Positions 38,329-50,483 of a stretch of DNA of 64,000 nt are shown piece by piece. This stretch comes from Cenococcum geophilum. Taxonomy: Eukaryota. The first letter of the stretch is position 1; each line of letters starts with the position of its first letter. The position numbers were made by a program, and so were the translations under genes. The notes under the pieces were generated by a model. That model had not been told where the DNA came from. It was given only the letters and a program-made list of their open reading frames with translations, and ran no database searches. Location of the stretch: contig CP158636.1 in the NCBI GenBank assembly GCA_050273025.1, positions 4,836,001-4,900,000 of the forward strand, given 5' to 3'.

Positions 38329-40048
38329 ATGCCTAAACGCAGAAAGAATCCTAAGAATTTAGTGAAAGCCAAAAGCGTATCCGCCAATACCAGTTCTGCG
38401 TCTCTTAAAAAGCCTCGCCTGGACCCGCGCGAGCGTCAACTAAGCCGCTTCTACGAGCCTCTCGTCTTACTGTACACGCTGGGAAGTACGAGAGGGGAGC
38501 ATACAGCTACTACGCTTCCCCCCGACGAGAATATCTGCGAGCTGCCTCTTGAGGAACTCAGGCGCAGATTTCTCAGCGAGCTAGCGTATGTATGCGATTA
38601 TGATAAAGGTGGCGATACTGTCACAGCCATCGGATTGGAGTCAACACCACAAAGATATGTCTTTTGGGTTGGCGCGAACACAAGCCCCCAGAAGAGAATT
38701 GTTCCATTTCTGGAAGCTCTTCTGGCCAAGCTGAGAGGTATTTCTAGTGCCGCAACTTCGAAAGTACAGGAGGAAGCGGACAATATCGCTATAGAATGCA
38801 TAAAATTTGGAACCCCGAGGATTAAGAAGTACAGACAACTTCTAAACCCGTTGCTTAAAAGGTGTCAGGGGAATCTCGCGAAAAGTCAGTCAGAGGAGAG
38901 TAGGTTTAAGGGACCCATCTTACAGCTCCGCACCATCCCGAATATCATTAAGATTGCTGATATCTGTCTATTCTTCAGTGACCGGCCTGGCCGAGTGGCT
39001 GAAAAAACTGGAGGATCTCCAGCGGAAGCCGACCTCCCTATGCCGCTTTGCATATGACAGCCGGAAATCCGAGTTCATGCGTCTGCTTACAACGCTGAGT
39101 GTAGAACCCCCTTACAAATCTAGCAGAGACGCTATACACATCACCTTTGGGTTGGTGAGACACTATATCGGAAGACTTGGGCACCATATTCGAGCAGTCA
39201 AGGCCCTGGCTTCCTGCGCTTCAAGACTCGCCGACATCCTCTACAGCTTCAAAGTCTGCAGTATTTCCACCCCTGCGAAATCCACGTCACCTCCACCAGT
39301 GGACGGAAAGACGAGATTGGACAGCATCATTGTCCGCATGCTACCCGCGGGTTCTCTAGACCTTGAACGCTATCAGCAAGCGCTGGCGGAGATGGACGTA
39401 AAGTATCAACTGTCCCGCCGCTTCCTCGACAATTACACAAACCCCAACTTCTTGCCACGCGTCCATGCCGAGATCCAGGTGCTTGAGCACTTCCACAGGA
39501 ACAAACTGCATTTCGCGGACGATGACCGGTACATCGCCTGCAGCAAATCGGCCTGCTTTTGCTGCCTGCTCTACTTCCGTCACCACCCTGAACAGTTCGT
39601 AGAGCCAGCCTCACATCGCAAAATATATCTGAACTGGCGGCCGCCTGATCTTGATGCCGTGTGCGATACCATCAGCCAGAATTTCCAAAGGGATATTCTC
39701 AACTCGATGACTCGGGATATTCGGAGGGAGGCGCTTCATCAGATAGGGCAGAAAATGGCGCCACCTGCCTGGCATCCGGATTCGGTCACTGGTATCACTG
39801 AGTCTGTGCGGCAGGAAAAAAAGATAGAATTGGGTGCAGACGTTGGGGAGGCATCGGCCTTAACAGGGGGCTCTGATATCTTTGATTACGGATCAGTAAG
39901 TGATGATTCGGGTGTGGACCACTTGCGTGTCGGAGATGACGGCGACTCTCCTCGCTGTAGCGGTCAGGTTAACTTGCAACTCGAGCCAGCATTCGTTTGG
40001 GCTGATTGCGAGAGTGACTCTGATCAGGAGGGTGGCGCGCCTTTGTGA
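38329..40048 (+). CDS. OTT_1508-like nucleic-acid/nucleotide deaminase domain protein (~546 aa)
   Basis: Intron 38900-38978 joins two ORFs in frame; VHAEIQ and IACSKSACFCC Zn-deaminase signature; N-terminal LAYVCDYDKGGDTVTAI motif; acidic tail. Confidence 0.8.
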
Positions 40049-40624
40049 GCAGGTGGTAGCGTGGTAAAGCTGTTATCTAACGGAGTGTTGAAACGGGTGG
40101 CATAGCTAGCCATCTCGGGCTGTTCGATATGTATACTTGAACTAATTTGAAATTAAGATGAACTTCTCAACAAGCGGGCTAGGTCTCGGTCCCCACTCCA
40201 TAACACCTCACCAAATGTCGTACGCTAGTTAGGGTAGGTAAACGTAGGCAGGCTAGCTGCCAAGTAGTATTCCTGGGGTATAACCCATTACGGTAAACGC
40301 TATTAAAAAATAGTTAAACTAGAGTAAAAAGTCAAGTTTAGAAAAGGAGTAGTTTTAGCTCGAGCCAATAGAGTAAATTATACATTAGGAAAGCTAGGAT
40401 TTTAATTTACTAAGAAGGGGTTTGCAAAAACCGTTCGTCTTAGTAAGAAACACCTGTTGGCTGAAATAGTCAAGCGAGACGTTACCTCGAGTGACAAGTT
40501 CTTGATCTGTTGCTACGCTTTAGCGCCACTGTGTCTTCCACCGTTGATCCGCATCCTGTTCGAGAGAGTCTGATGTAATTTGACCTTCTCACTTGAGGGG
40601 ACTCATTGGCAGGGTTGTCTCGTC

Positions 40625-41929
40625 CTAATATCGCACATCCATCTCGTCCAGCTCAAAATCATCCTCGTTCACTGCGCTCTGTATCCTGTGATTTGACTCG
40701 TTTCCTTCCATGGAGTCAATCTGTGACGCCGTCAGCTCGACGATGATTGGAGCATATTCACCACTTTCATTCTCCTCTTCGAACCCGCCAACGTCCATCT
40801 CAACCCGTTCCCCATCCTCCAACTGCAGCATACCTTGCTTTACAAATGAGTCATCCAATTCCCATCCATGTTCCATTTTCAAATATTCCTCCAGGTCAAT
40901 GAGCTCATCTATAATATCCACACTAGCCTTCATATCGTCCTCTTCTAACCCTCTCCTGAATCTTCTAAGTAAGCTTTTCAATATCCCGCCGCCGTCATCG
41001 CTCATGTCAAACAACCCACCTTCTGCATCTTGACAATGACTCAATTGTACCCTGAGGCTGCGGAGTACCTCCACAAACAACATTGGTCTCTCTTTGACGC
41101 CTTCGCGGCAAGTTAAGAGGAGTCCGAGTAGCCTCTTCCATTGTTCAAGACATGAGTGGTTGTTGAGCGTTAGAACCATCAAGAACGTGAACTGGAGCTC
41201 GCCTAGGACTTGAAATTCCCGTTCCTGTAATCCATTTCCAGTGCAGTGCTTGTCAATCAATTCCCCTAGAGCCCAAGATCGGTCTTGGGCTGCCTGCGTA
41301 CGTTCCCGTCCCGTTGCCCCTTCCCGCCATGTTCGTTTTAAGTCGATTGGAAGGAAATACAGCTCCTTTTCATGTTGGAAGCCTGTTTCCGCTTTTGAAA
41401 GACCGGGAATCTCATCAAAATCCTGGACTGCGGAGGATGCGGATGTGAGATTCCAATGATCAGGGGTTGCGCCCGTGATTCTTGACAGCAGCTCAGGGGT
41501 GATTCGCGCAGTCAATTTCTTCCAGTCTTCAGACTCTTCTACAGTGTCCGAACTAGACGAAGAAAACTTACTCGGCCCGATATGTTGTCTGTACGGCGTT
41601 AGCCTCTCGCGCCATACGGAACCTAAATTGGCGCGCCAGCGCCGGTATTCGGCCTCAGAGCTCTCGGCCACAAAATCTTCTGCTGTAGGGTCCCATTTCT
41701 TGATGAAAATCTGCGGCGGCGCGTTGGTGTCGGAAACATAGAACCAGGCGCCGTGACGTACAGATAAAGACGCGCTGCTGGATGTGAAAGTGAAATGCCA
41801 CCCAGGAGGTAAATTTTTGATGCCGCAGAAGCGAGGGGTCGTCGTAAACGACAGCAAATCAATGCCACCCAGGGAGGAGGGCGGGAGGTTAAGCATGAGA
41901 ACACATGCAGTGTGGGTAAGCGGATCCAT
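40625..41929 (-). CDS. AAR2: AAR2 family U5 snRNP assembly factor
   Basis: GIDLLSF..FCGIKNLPPGWHF, DRSWAL, LGELQFTF, EQWKRLL. Confidence 0.9.
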   Translation of the reverse strand: MDPLTHTACVLMLNLPPSSLGGIDLLSFTTTPRFCGIKNLPPGWHFTFTSSSASLSVRHGAWFYVSDTNAPPQIFIKKWDPTAEDFVAESSEAEYRRWRANLGSVWRERLTPYRQHIGPSKFSSSSSDTVEESEDWKKLTARITPELLSRITGATPDHWNLTSASSAVQDFDEIPGLSKAETGFQHEKELYFLPIDLKRTWREGATGRERTQAAQDRSWALGELIDKHCTGNGLQEREFQVLGELQFTFLMVLTLNNHSCLEQWKRLLGLLLTCREGVKERPMLFVEVLRSLRVQLSHCQDAEGGLFDMSDDGGGILKSLLRRFRRGLEEDDMKASVDIIDELIDLEEYLKMEHGWELDDSFVKQGMLQLEDGERVEMDVGGFEEENESGEYAPIIVELTASQIDSMEGNESNHRIQSAVNEDDFELDEMDVRY

Positions 41930-42503
41930 CACAGCATTGATAGTGAGAGACAAGAGTCGGTAAGCGTTTCTATAACTTTAAAGCCGCTGTAATAGATGGT
42001 GTGTGCGATAATTATAGAGACAGCACTCCAGTTTAGAGCGCTCAAGGTGATCTAGCCAAATAATCAAGGTTTGATGACTTGCCAACGTGTAGTGCTTTTC
42101 AAAGAAATTTTCAGTGCCCTAAAGCCACGAAGGATCAGAGCGCAATTCAAGTACGTCACTGTTACAGCGTTACCGTGTCGGAATTTCTGGTAGAGTCAAG
42201 TTTTCCGAGCACCTTGGATTGATAAGATATTGTAGTTTAAGATTGAGATCCGCAGAACAAGGCAACATTACCGCTCCGTATTGTTTCTCACGTGATCGGG
42301 AGTTAAGTGCACGTTTGCTATTATGGGCCATACAAATCAAGAAGCTGGCACAGTCACAGCATCTATGCTAATTGCTTAATTGGTTTGGCGTTTAATCCAG
42401 CTATGTGACAAGCATCGAATATGGAGACCAGGCCAAGGCCGTTCCCCGCGTATTTGTCATCAAACTCATGGTCCATGAACGAATTGACTCCACCAAGCAG
42501 CAC

Positions 42504-43134
<631 letters not shown>

Positions 43135-43358
43135 GTTTGCTTGTAGGTGATTGTCGAGATGAGGTTGATGAGTATGGCTGGTTGAGTTTGGCGCGTTAAT
43201 ATTCGGTGTGCGTTTTCGCCAAGTTTTTTGGGACTCGCTTGCTCGTGGCACCTGGTCCATGCTGAGACGGGTATTTCAGCGCAACCTCCTTCACTTTTGC
43301 ACCACCTCTCCTTCGACCTCACCACAGATTGGAAGGATTTCTCAGCTCCCTTACAAGC

Positions 43359-45296
43359 ATGGTGGAGGGGAAGTCTGTCGGGATTATTGGTATGGGGGAT
43401 ATGGGGAAGATGTATGCAAGAAGGATCAGCGATGCTGGCTGGAGGTAGGTTTCTGAGTTGACGATTCTTAGAAGCAGTTCCTCATCCTCAGGTAAGTCAA
43501 TACTTTCTCTTCCATATAGCGCACTTTTATGATGACTTGAGTGCATTTGGCTCGAGTATGGCCCATTCCTTGTCTTCACTGCCATTCTGGTTTTGAAGCC
43601 TAGGGATGAGTCGTCACTGATGTAAATTCTCAGCTACCTTAAATTTTTACTTTGTCTGAAAACTTTCTGTATACATATGCTTTATCCTGCCCGGTTGATG
43701 GATGAGGATCGTATGCTAATCATCTGATACAATAGAACGGCCGGTGGCCTTTCCTTTTCATACCGAACTGACGGTCCCTAGGGTCAATGCTTGTGATACA
43801 CCGGATAAATATCTTCAGTTGGTGGAGGAGTTTGGTGGAAGAGTAGGATTGGAGTTGTATATATTTGATAGGATATTTCAGGCTGAGAATTTATTAGACG
43901 AGTGTTTACATTATGCCGAATGGTCATCTCGTCTCCCGATCTAGCGACTACATCATCTACAGTGTAGAAGCCAAAAATATTGACGAAGTCGTGGAAACTT
44001 TTGGACCTTGTATGAGGTCCCTGCCAGTCTTCCCGTTCTATTGCTGAAATACTCTTTCCAGCTACGAAACTCGGTGCTATTGTGGGCGGCCAAACTTCTT
44101 GCAAGGCTCCAGAAATTGCAGCCTTTGAGAAACATCTTCCAGGTGATGTTCACATTGTGTCGTGCCATTCTCTACATGGGCCTGGCGTCGATCCAAAAGG
44201 CCAGCCATTAGTACGCAGCCTGCCATTAACCAATTGCAGGCCTTACAGGCGCTGAATTCTCAGTAGGTTCTTATTAAGCATAGAGCATCTGACGAAAGTT
44301 TCACTCTGGTCGAAAAGATTCTCTCGTGTTTCGGCTCTAAGCACGTCTATCTTACCGCCGCCCAGCATGACCGTATTACCGCGGATACACAAGCCGTTAC
44401 GCACGCGGCTTTCCTAAGGTGCGCCCTATCCTTCTAGTGTGGGTAGAAGCTGACTTATTTGCTCTCAGCATGGGAGCGGCATGGATGGCGAATCGCCAGT
44501 TCCCTTGGGAGATACCTCGCTATCTAGGTGGGATTGAGAACGTCAAGATCAACGTGACACTACGTATCTATGCTAACAAATGGCACGTATATGCTGGCTT
44601 GGCAATACTGAATCCATCCGCTCAGAAGCAGATCAAACAGTATGCCGAGTCTGTCACGGAACTTTTCAAACTGATGCTCGCAGGGCATCGTAAAGAGCTT
44701 TCGGATCGCATCCACGCTGCCGGAGTAGCCGTCTTCAAAGGGGATAATAAGGAGGACCTTTTACTGAAGGATGAAGTGTTGGACAGATTTTCATTGGGCG
44801 AAATACCGGAGCAGCGAGTGAAGAACAATCATCTCAGCCTTTTGGCGATGGTGGACTGTTGGTGGAAGTTGGGAATTGTGCCCTATGACCACATGATCTG
44901 CTCTACTCCGGTTAGTCTATCTATCTTGCCCCCATTGTACCTTGGCCCTTACTGCGACACTAGCTCTTTCGACTTTGGCTTGGCATTACAGAGTATTTAT
45001 TCCGCAAGCCAGACCTCCTGGAAGAGGTCATTGATACGGCGATCGAAGATAATACCTTCAGAGCCGATGACCTCGAATTCACCTTTGCAGCGAGAGTGAG
45101 TACTGGGATTCTTCTCTAGCAATGCTAAGCTGACCTATTTTAGGACTGGAGTGAGCGTGTGAGTCTGGGCCACATGGACGGCTACCGAGAGAAATTTGAG
45201 CAGATTCAGAAGTATTTTGCGCCAAGGTTCCCAGAAGCTACGAGACTGGGCAACGAGATGATTAGGACAATTCTCGAAAAGACTCGAGATGATTGA
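43359..45296 (+). CDS. TYR1: Prephenate dehydrogenase (NADP+), multi-exon
   Basis: VGIIGMGDMGKMYA, GGQTSCK, HSLHGP, HDRITADTQAVTH, NKWHVYAGLAI. Confidence 0.93.
43525..43663 (+). ncRNA. snR13: Box C/D snoRNA, snR13 homolog (intronic in TYR1)
   Basis: Box C ATGATGA at 43529 and box D CTGA at 43656. GAGTGCATTTGGCTCGAGT and GCTACCTT..TTTTACTTT..CTGA match yeast snR13 as I recall it. Guides GCATTTGGCT and GCTACCTTAA are complementary to the conserved LSU rRNA sequence TTAAGGTAGCCAAATGC. Confidence 0.88.
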
Positions 45297-45792
45297 ATGG
45301 GGCGGTTTGCTAGTCATTAGGGTGCAGCATTTCATCTTTCCTTCTTTCGTATTCGTGGAAGTTCCCTGGAGGATTAATGACGTCGGGGGATAAAGTAGTT
45401 GTAGCCAGAACCTTTGGGGCACCTGAGAAGCGCGGGGTCTTGTTATCATTCCGTAAACTAGATGTGCATGATCCTGTGAGGCTATCGCATGTATCTTCTC
45501 TTTTAGACGGTCTGCCGCGCGGTACTAAGATTGCCTCAGCTTTTCTTTTTGGTCGCTTTTCAAGGCTGACGATATCGGCTTTATTACTTTCAAAGTCCTG
45601 CACGCCGGACGAAAAGTGGAAGCTCGGATTTAAGCAGCGGATCGGAGCACCTAACAGCGCCAACCGAGATCGTTGAAGGCGTAAGATTCGTCGACCAGAG
45701 CTCGTGTTGTCAAGGCATTGGAGGGTATCTCACCTGGCTGATTGGCTTAAATAATCATATATAGCTATTGATTGAAGCCCTAGTCATCCCAC

Positions 45793-47266
45793 ATGCATTG
45801 GGTGCTGCGATCTTTGTTGCCTAATCCTCTACGCCTGTACAAGAACCATCAGAGCATCTCCAAGTCTAATCCTTTCCACAACCCAGCCAAAATGGTCTCT
45901 GCATCCACCTCTGCGACACTTTATGCAGCCGTCACTTCCCCCGCACAGATTACTGGAGCAGAACCCGAAGATGCAAAGGAATTAAAGCACCATCTCAAGC
46001 ACGGGAAAGGCTTCCAAAACCCTTGGGACTCATACAGGAACACAGTTGGGCCCAGAAATATTCTGACCATAGCATGGTATAGGCGGTTCTCGTTTAATAT
46101 TAGCAGGCCAAGGCTTATTCTTTCACAGGCGATACTTCACTGGGCAAGGCCGATGGCCAGACACAACACCACCCACAGTTCCTGTTCACAAACCGACATT
46201 CCTCCCAACCCGTGAATCTTCTACGTTACGGGCGACCTGGCTAGGCCATGCCTGCTATTACGTCGAATTTCCAGGCGGCCTCCGTGTGCTATTTGACCCT
46301 GTTTTTACTCCGCGATGTTCACCCTTCACCTTCATGGGTCCTAAGAGATATACGGATATACCTTGTGAAATATTCGATATCCCCTCTATCGATGCGGTCA
46401 TCATATCCCACAACCACTACGACCACCTATCTCACCCCACAATTATGAAAATTAAGGAGAAGCATCCAAATGTGCATTTCTTTGTTCCACTAGGGAATAA
46501 AAAATGGTTTCTTAAATGTGGGATCCACAACGTGACGGAGCTAGACTGGTGGGAGTCGCGGGATATCAAGCTGACAATCATGAAACCCGCTTCCAAGTCC
46601 ATGGTCAGTGAGATCTCAGTTATGGAAGGTGGGGAAGCGAAGGCGAATGGAGCCGGGGGGCCGGGAACTATAACAGCAACGATTGGTTGTCTACCTTGCC
46701 AACACACAAGCGCGCGAGGGCCTTTTGACAGAAACCACACGTTGTGGGCATCGTGGAGTGTAGAAAGCTGTGGAAAGAAAGTCTGGTTTGCAGGGTAAGC
46801 GCTATGTGTTCTATGCGTTTAATCATCACTACCTCGGCGACGTCCCCCTTAGCTAAACCTATGATTCTAATTATTCTGTAGTGATACAGGCTACCGAACT
46901 GTCCCTAGGCTCCCGGCTGGCTCGGATGACTACGATCCAAAATTGCAATACCCACATTGTCCTGCCTTTGCACAAATCGGTGCTCTGAGGGGACCATTCG
47001 ACCTAGGCCTCATCCCTATTGGAGCCTATGAGCCACGTTTCATCATGTCTTCAATGCATGCAAATCCCGTTGATAGCGTCAATATTTTTACTGACACGAA
47101 ATGCCGTCGCGCGCTTGGCATGCATTGGGGCACATGGGCATTGACTGAAGAAGCTGTTCTTGAGCCACCTCGCATACTAAAAGCAGCATTAAAAGCAAAG
47201 AGCATCCCTGAAACTGGCGTGTTCGACATTTGTGATATTGGAGAGAGCAGAGAATTTGATGCGTAG
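45793..47266 (+). CDS. NAPE-PLD / FMP30-like metallo-beta-lactamase
   Basis: [41 protein letters not shown]; two introns. The start may be 45892. Confidence 0.9.
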
Positions 47267-47698
47267 GATCTGTTTTCAACATCATTAGTTTCGCGAGGCG
47301 CTAGACGGACCTAGTCGATGAAGGGTTCCCCCTGTAAATTAGATGTAGCATTTCTTGGTAATGGTAATCACGCAATGGGGTTACTATAGTACTAAAGAGA
47401 TATGTGTGTAGTTTACGACGTCATGATACGTCCCACTAATGCGTCCTTAGACACTAAGTCTTTTCCCATTTAGTAATTTGCGTGATAACTACCTGCCTCA
47501 ACTGAAGGCTTTTGTGAATGAATGTTTATGAGCCATTTTCTAGCCCAGACTTGATGTTTAACTAGAAATGATATTAAACATTACATTTATACCCCTCTAC
47601 CCGAAATTCATCTTAGGGGGAAAACACCAAGAGCACCAAGTAAAATCTAGTCATTTAATCCGGTGATTCCTCTATGATTGGGTCAACCAACAAGCCAA

Positions 47699-48578
47699 TC
47701 ATAATTCAGCAAAGATAAATCCCATAGCCGCCATACCAGTAATAACAAAGCCTAACCTCACAGCGCCGAACGGAGGTGTATGAGTTACAGCAGCGCCGGT
47801 GAATATTGCCGAAGGGCTGGCAGTCGTGACCGTCGCGACTTCGCCATTTGGGTTTGTTGAAATGGTCACGATATTTGTATTAGTGGGGCTAGGGAGGGTA
47901 ACCGTGCTGCTGTTGGCGAACGGAGGCGTGGTGAAGTTGGTAGAAGTAATGGTCGTTGCATTCAATGAGGGTGGGATAGTGGTAGTTAAATTCAGAGTGC
48001 TAGTAATGCTGATTTGAGTGGGGGCCACGGTGATGGAAGCGGAGGAACTGCTAGAGGTGTTTGTGGTAACAGTGGGGCGCACTACGGCCGCAATGTTGGG
48101 ACAGAGGTTAGTGATAAAGGTGCTAGCTTCTATATAGCGCGGAAAAAGTTAGCGAATACTTGCAGGACAGGGTATGGGTAAGGGAGGGGGGGAACGTAGG
48201 ACGTAACAAGGGGAAGCCTACGGATTTGGTCTGTGCTGGTGCAGCTTTGAACGATGATAGATGCAATGTTGGATTGCAAGACCGTATTTCTGCAGAGGCA
48301 ATATCGATCAGCAGGGTTGCAGTTGCTATTCGCGATAGTATTTATGACACCTGTTTGCTGTTCCGTAGGTCAGTAAGGGTATATGGTTATGCCTCCTTCT
48401 AATACACAGTCGTCGCTGTAATTTAGAATGTTTAGACGAAACCACTTACTGCACATGACGGAAGGCCGCTTATTGCATCAGTAATCAGTGTTGATGGGTC
48501 ATAGCTCGGACCAGCTGGGACAGATGTACAAGAGATTGTGGTGGTAATAATAGCAAAGACTCCGCTTGGATAATACAT
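47699..48578 (-). CDS. CFEM-like, Ser/Thr-rich, probably GPI-anchored surface protein
   Basis: Spliced model LPSCA/QTGVINTIANSNCNPADRYCLCRN...SCTSTDQIQASTFITNLC, followed by an S/T stalk and a hydrophobic C-terminus. Confidence 0.7.
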
Positions 48579-49250
48579 TTTGACCACACCTAGAGGGACG
48601 AAGATACACCTTTGACCTTTGATCTTTCTTTAAAAACAAGATGTAAGCTTTAGAAATCAGGAGTATCCTTAATACGAGCCCATATTATATGTTTTTTTAG
48701 CGCCTTTGCCTGTTTGGCCGTTTGCAACGCCAAACGGCAAGATAGATGAAAGCCGACCATAACAGCGTAGTCCTGAAACCATGATCTAGCCGCAGCCGGG
48801 TTTCGGCCTTGTTGTCAGAAATAAGTTGATCTTACTTCCGCATAGAGTTCGAGGAATGTAAAAGGACTGGAGGACCGATGTAGTGGAACTGTGCTTCATA
48901 CCTTAGTCTCATTCCGGTACAATTACTTGGAGACTCGTTGGGCCAAATAAAACCCAGTGCCTTGGGTTGATGCGAAGTTAACTCGTAGGATTGATGAAGC
49001 TGAAAACAGCAGCTGTACTACTGCGGATGACCCGTAGTACAAACGCATAGCGGCTGAGCGTTCTGTATGGCCTTCGGAGCTAATGTTATTACGTCCTGGG
49101 CCGGTCTAGGAGTAGATCGCCTGCAAGTGATGAATCCAGACGTATTTCATACTGGCCGCTCTCTTGCTCAGTATATTTTAGCAACCTCTCCTGCTTCCTT
49201 TCATTCTAGGTTATTAATTCCTTTTATCAAATGACAGGCAGATAATTTCT

Positions 49251-50258
49251 CTATATCTCCACGATTTGAACTGGATTGCCTAGTTTCCCTGAATTTCCCA
49301 CCATTTGAGCGGCGTTCACCAATCTTGTGTTTCGCCCTTGCCCACCCCACACTTTATCCCACACCAAACCCTTAAGGCCGTACACAACTACTCTCACAAC
49401 CTCACGCCATAACCGCCAATCTAGGAATCCCCTACTCCAGCCCGGTTTCCTTTGCATCCCTCTCTCATATGCTTCTTGGCAGCCATCCCACCAACATATG
49501 TGCTGTCCGGCGCCCCAGTGGATATGTCCAAATACATGGAGGGCCGGTTTTACACGTTTGACTTCAGCTAGGAGGTGTTCACAGCCCATGCCCGACGGAA
49601 GGGGTAGATCAAGGTGGTATTTTGGTGGGGTGTGCGTGACGAGGATAGAAGTATCCTCAGGAACCGTCTCGGACCAAGCATCTAGGCCCCGAGGGTACTG
49701 AAAGGCGGATGTGGAACTCGGACCACAAGCGGGGATTTGGGGCGCGCCATAGATGCGTACATGACGGGTTCTAGAAGGGCTGGGAGGCTGAGAGGATGGA
49801 GAAGGCGGTGGCGGTAGGGAGATTGATAGGGTGATGGTGCTATGCTGTAAGTATCGAACATCTTTCCAATCTAGGTAGCCCGTTCTATCGGACTCCAGGA
49901 GGGATGGCCGTGTGCGAGGGTCAAGGAAGGTATCATGATTGCCAGCAATGGCAATCTTATGTGTGTGTGGCAATGAAGACAGCCAATTGAGTTGCTCCTG
50001 AATAGAGGCGATGCTGCCATTATTCGTAAGATCTCCAGCATGAATTAGAACATCACCGGGGGGTACATCGGAAGTTAATGAATGCGTGTCTGATATACAG
50101 ACTATGCGGATTGACGGATCAAGTGGCGCGGGAGCTGTCCGGAGATAAGTGAGGAGGCGGTATGCGCGCTGGAGCAGCAGCTTGATAGGACAGGTTATAG
50201 TGAGATAAAGGAACGAGGGTGGCTCGAAGGGATCGGGTGACTGCAGAAGTAATAGCAT
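49251..50258 (-). CDS. Calcineurin-like metallophosphoesterase (MPPED-like)
   Basis: ISDTH, HAGDL, GNHD, THTPP, FGHIH; start codon uncertain. Confidence 0.9.
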   Translation of the reverse strand: MLLLLQSPDPFEPPSFLYLTITCPIKLLLQRAYRLLTYLRTAPAPLDPSIRIVCISDTHSLTSDVPPGDVLIHAGDLTNNGSIASIQEQLNWLSSLPHTHKIAIAGNHDTFLDPRTRPSLLESDRTGYLDWKDVRYLQHSTITLSISLPPPPSPSSQPPSPSRTRHVRIYGAPQIPACGPSSTSAFQYPRGLDAWSETVPEDTSILVTHTPPKYHLDLPLPSGMGCEHLLAEVKRVKPALHVFGHIHWGAGQHICWWDGCQEAYERGMQRKPGWSRGFLDWRLWREVVRVVVYGLKGLVWDKVWGGQGRNTRLVNAAQMVGNSGKLGNPVQIVEI

Positions 50259-50483
50259 GTTGGGGTGATAGCTGTAGGGAGTGAGCAAAAGTCGAGGTCT
50301 CTTGAACCGCCAACCCCCCAAATTCGATCAAAGCTTTACTTGAACCACGATTTAAAGCTTTAATTTAAAGATTTAATATATATTAGGCACAAATTTAGTT
50401 ATATAATTACGATTATAAAAGGCTTAATAATCTCGGACCCCTAGAACTCGGCCACAAATTAAAATCAAACCACGAGGCGACAG

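Noticed and set aside
43755..43790. TPP riboswitch in the TYR1 intron (ATACCGAACTGA)
   Set aside because: Lacks the CTGAGA and TAATNCCAGCG elements; the motif overlaps the branch site.
48985..49060. Hammerhead- or C/D-like motif (TTGATGA...hairpins...CTGA)
   Set aside because: No CUGANGA/GAAA core and no recognisable rRNA guide.
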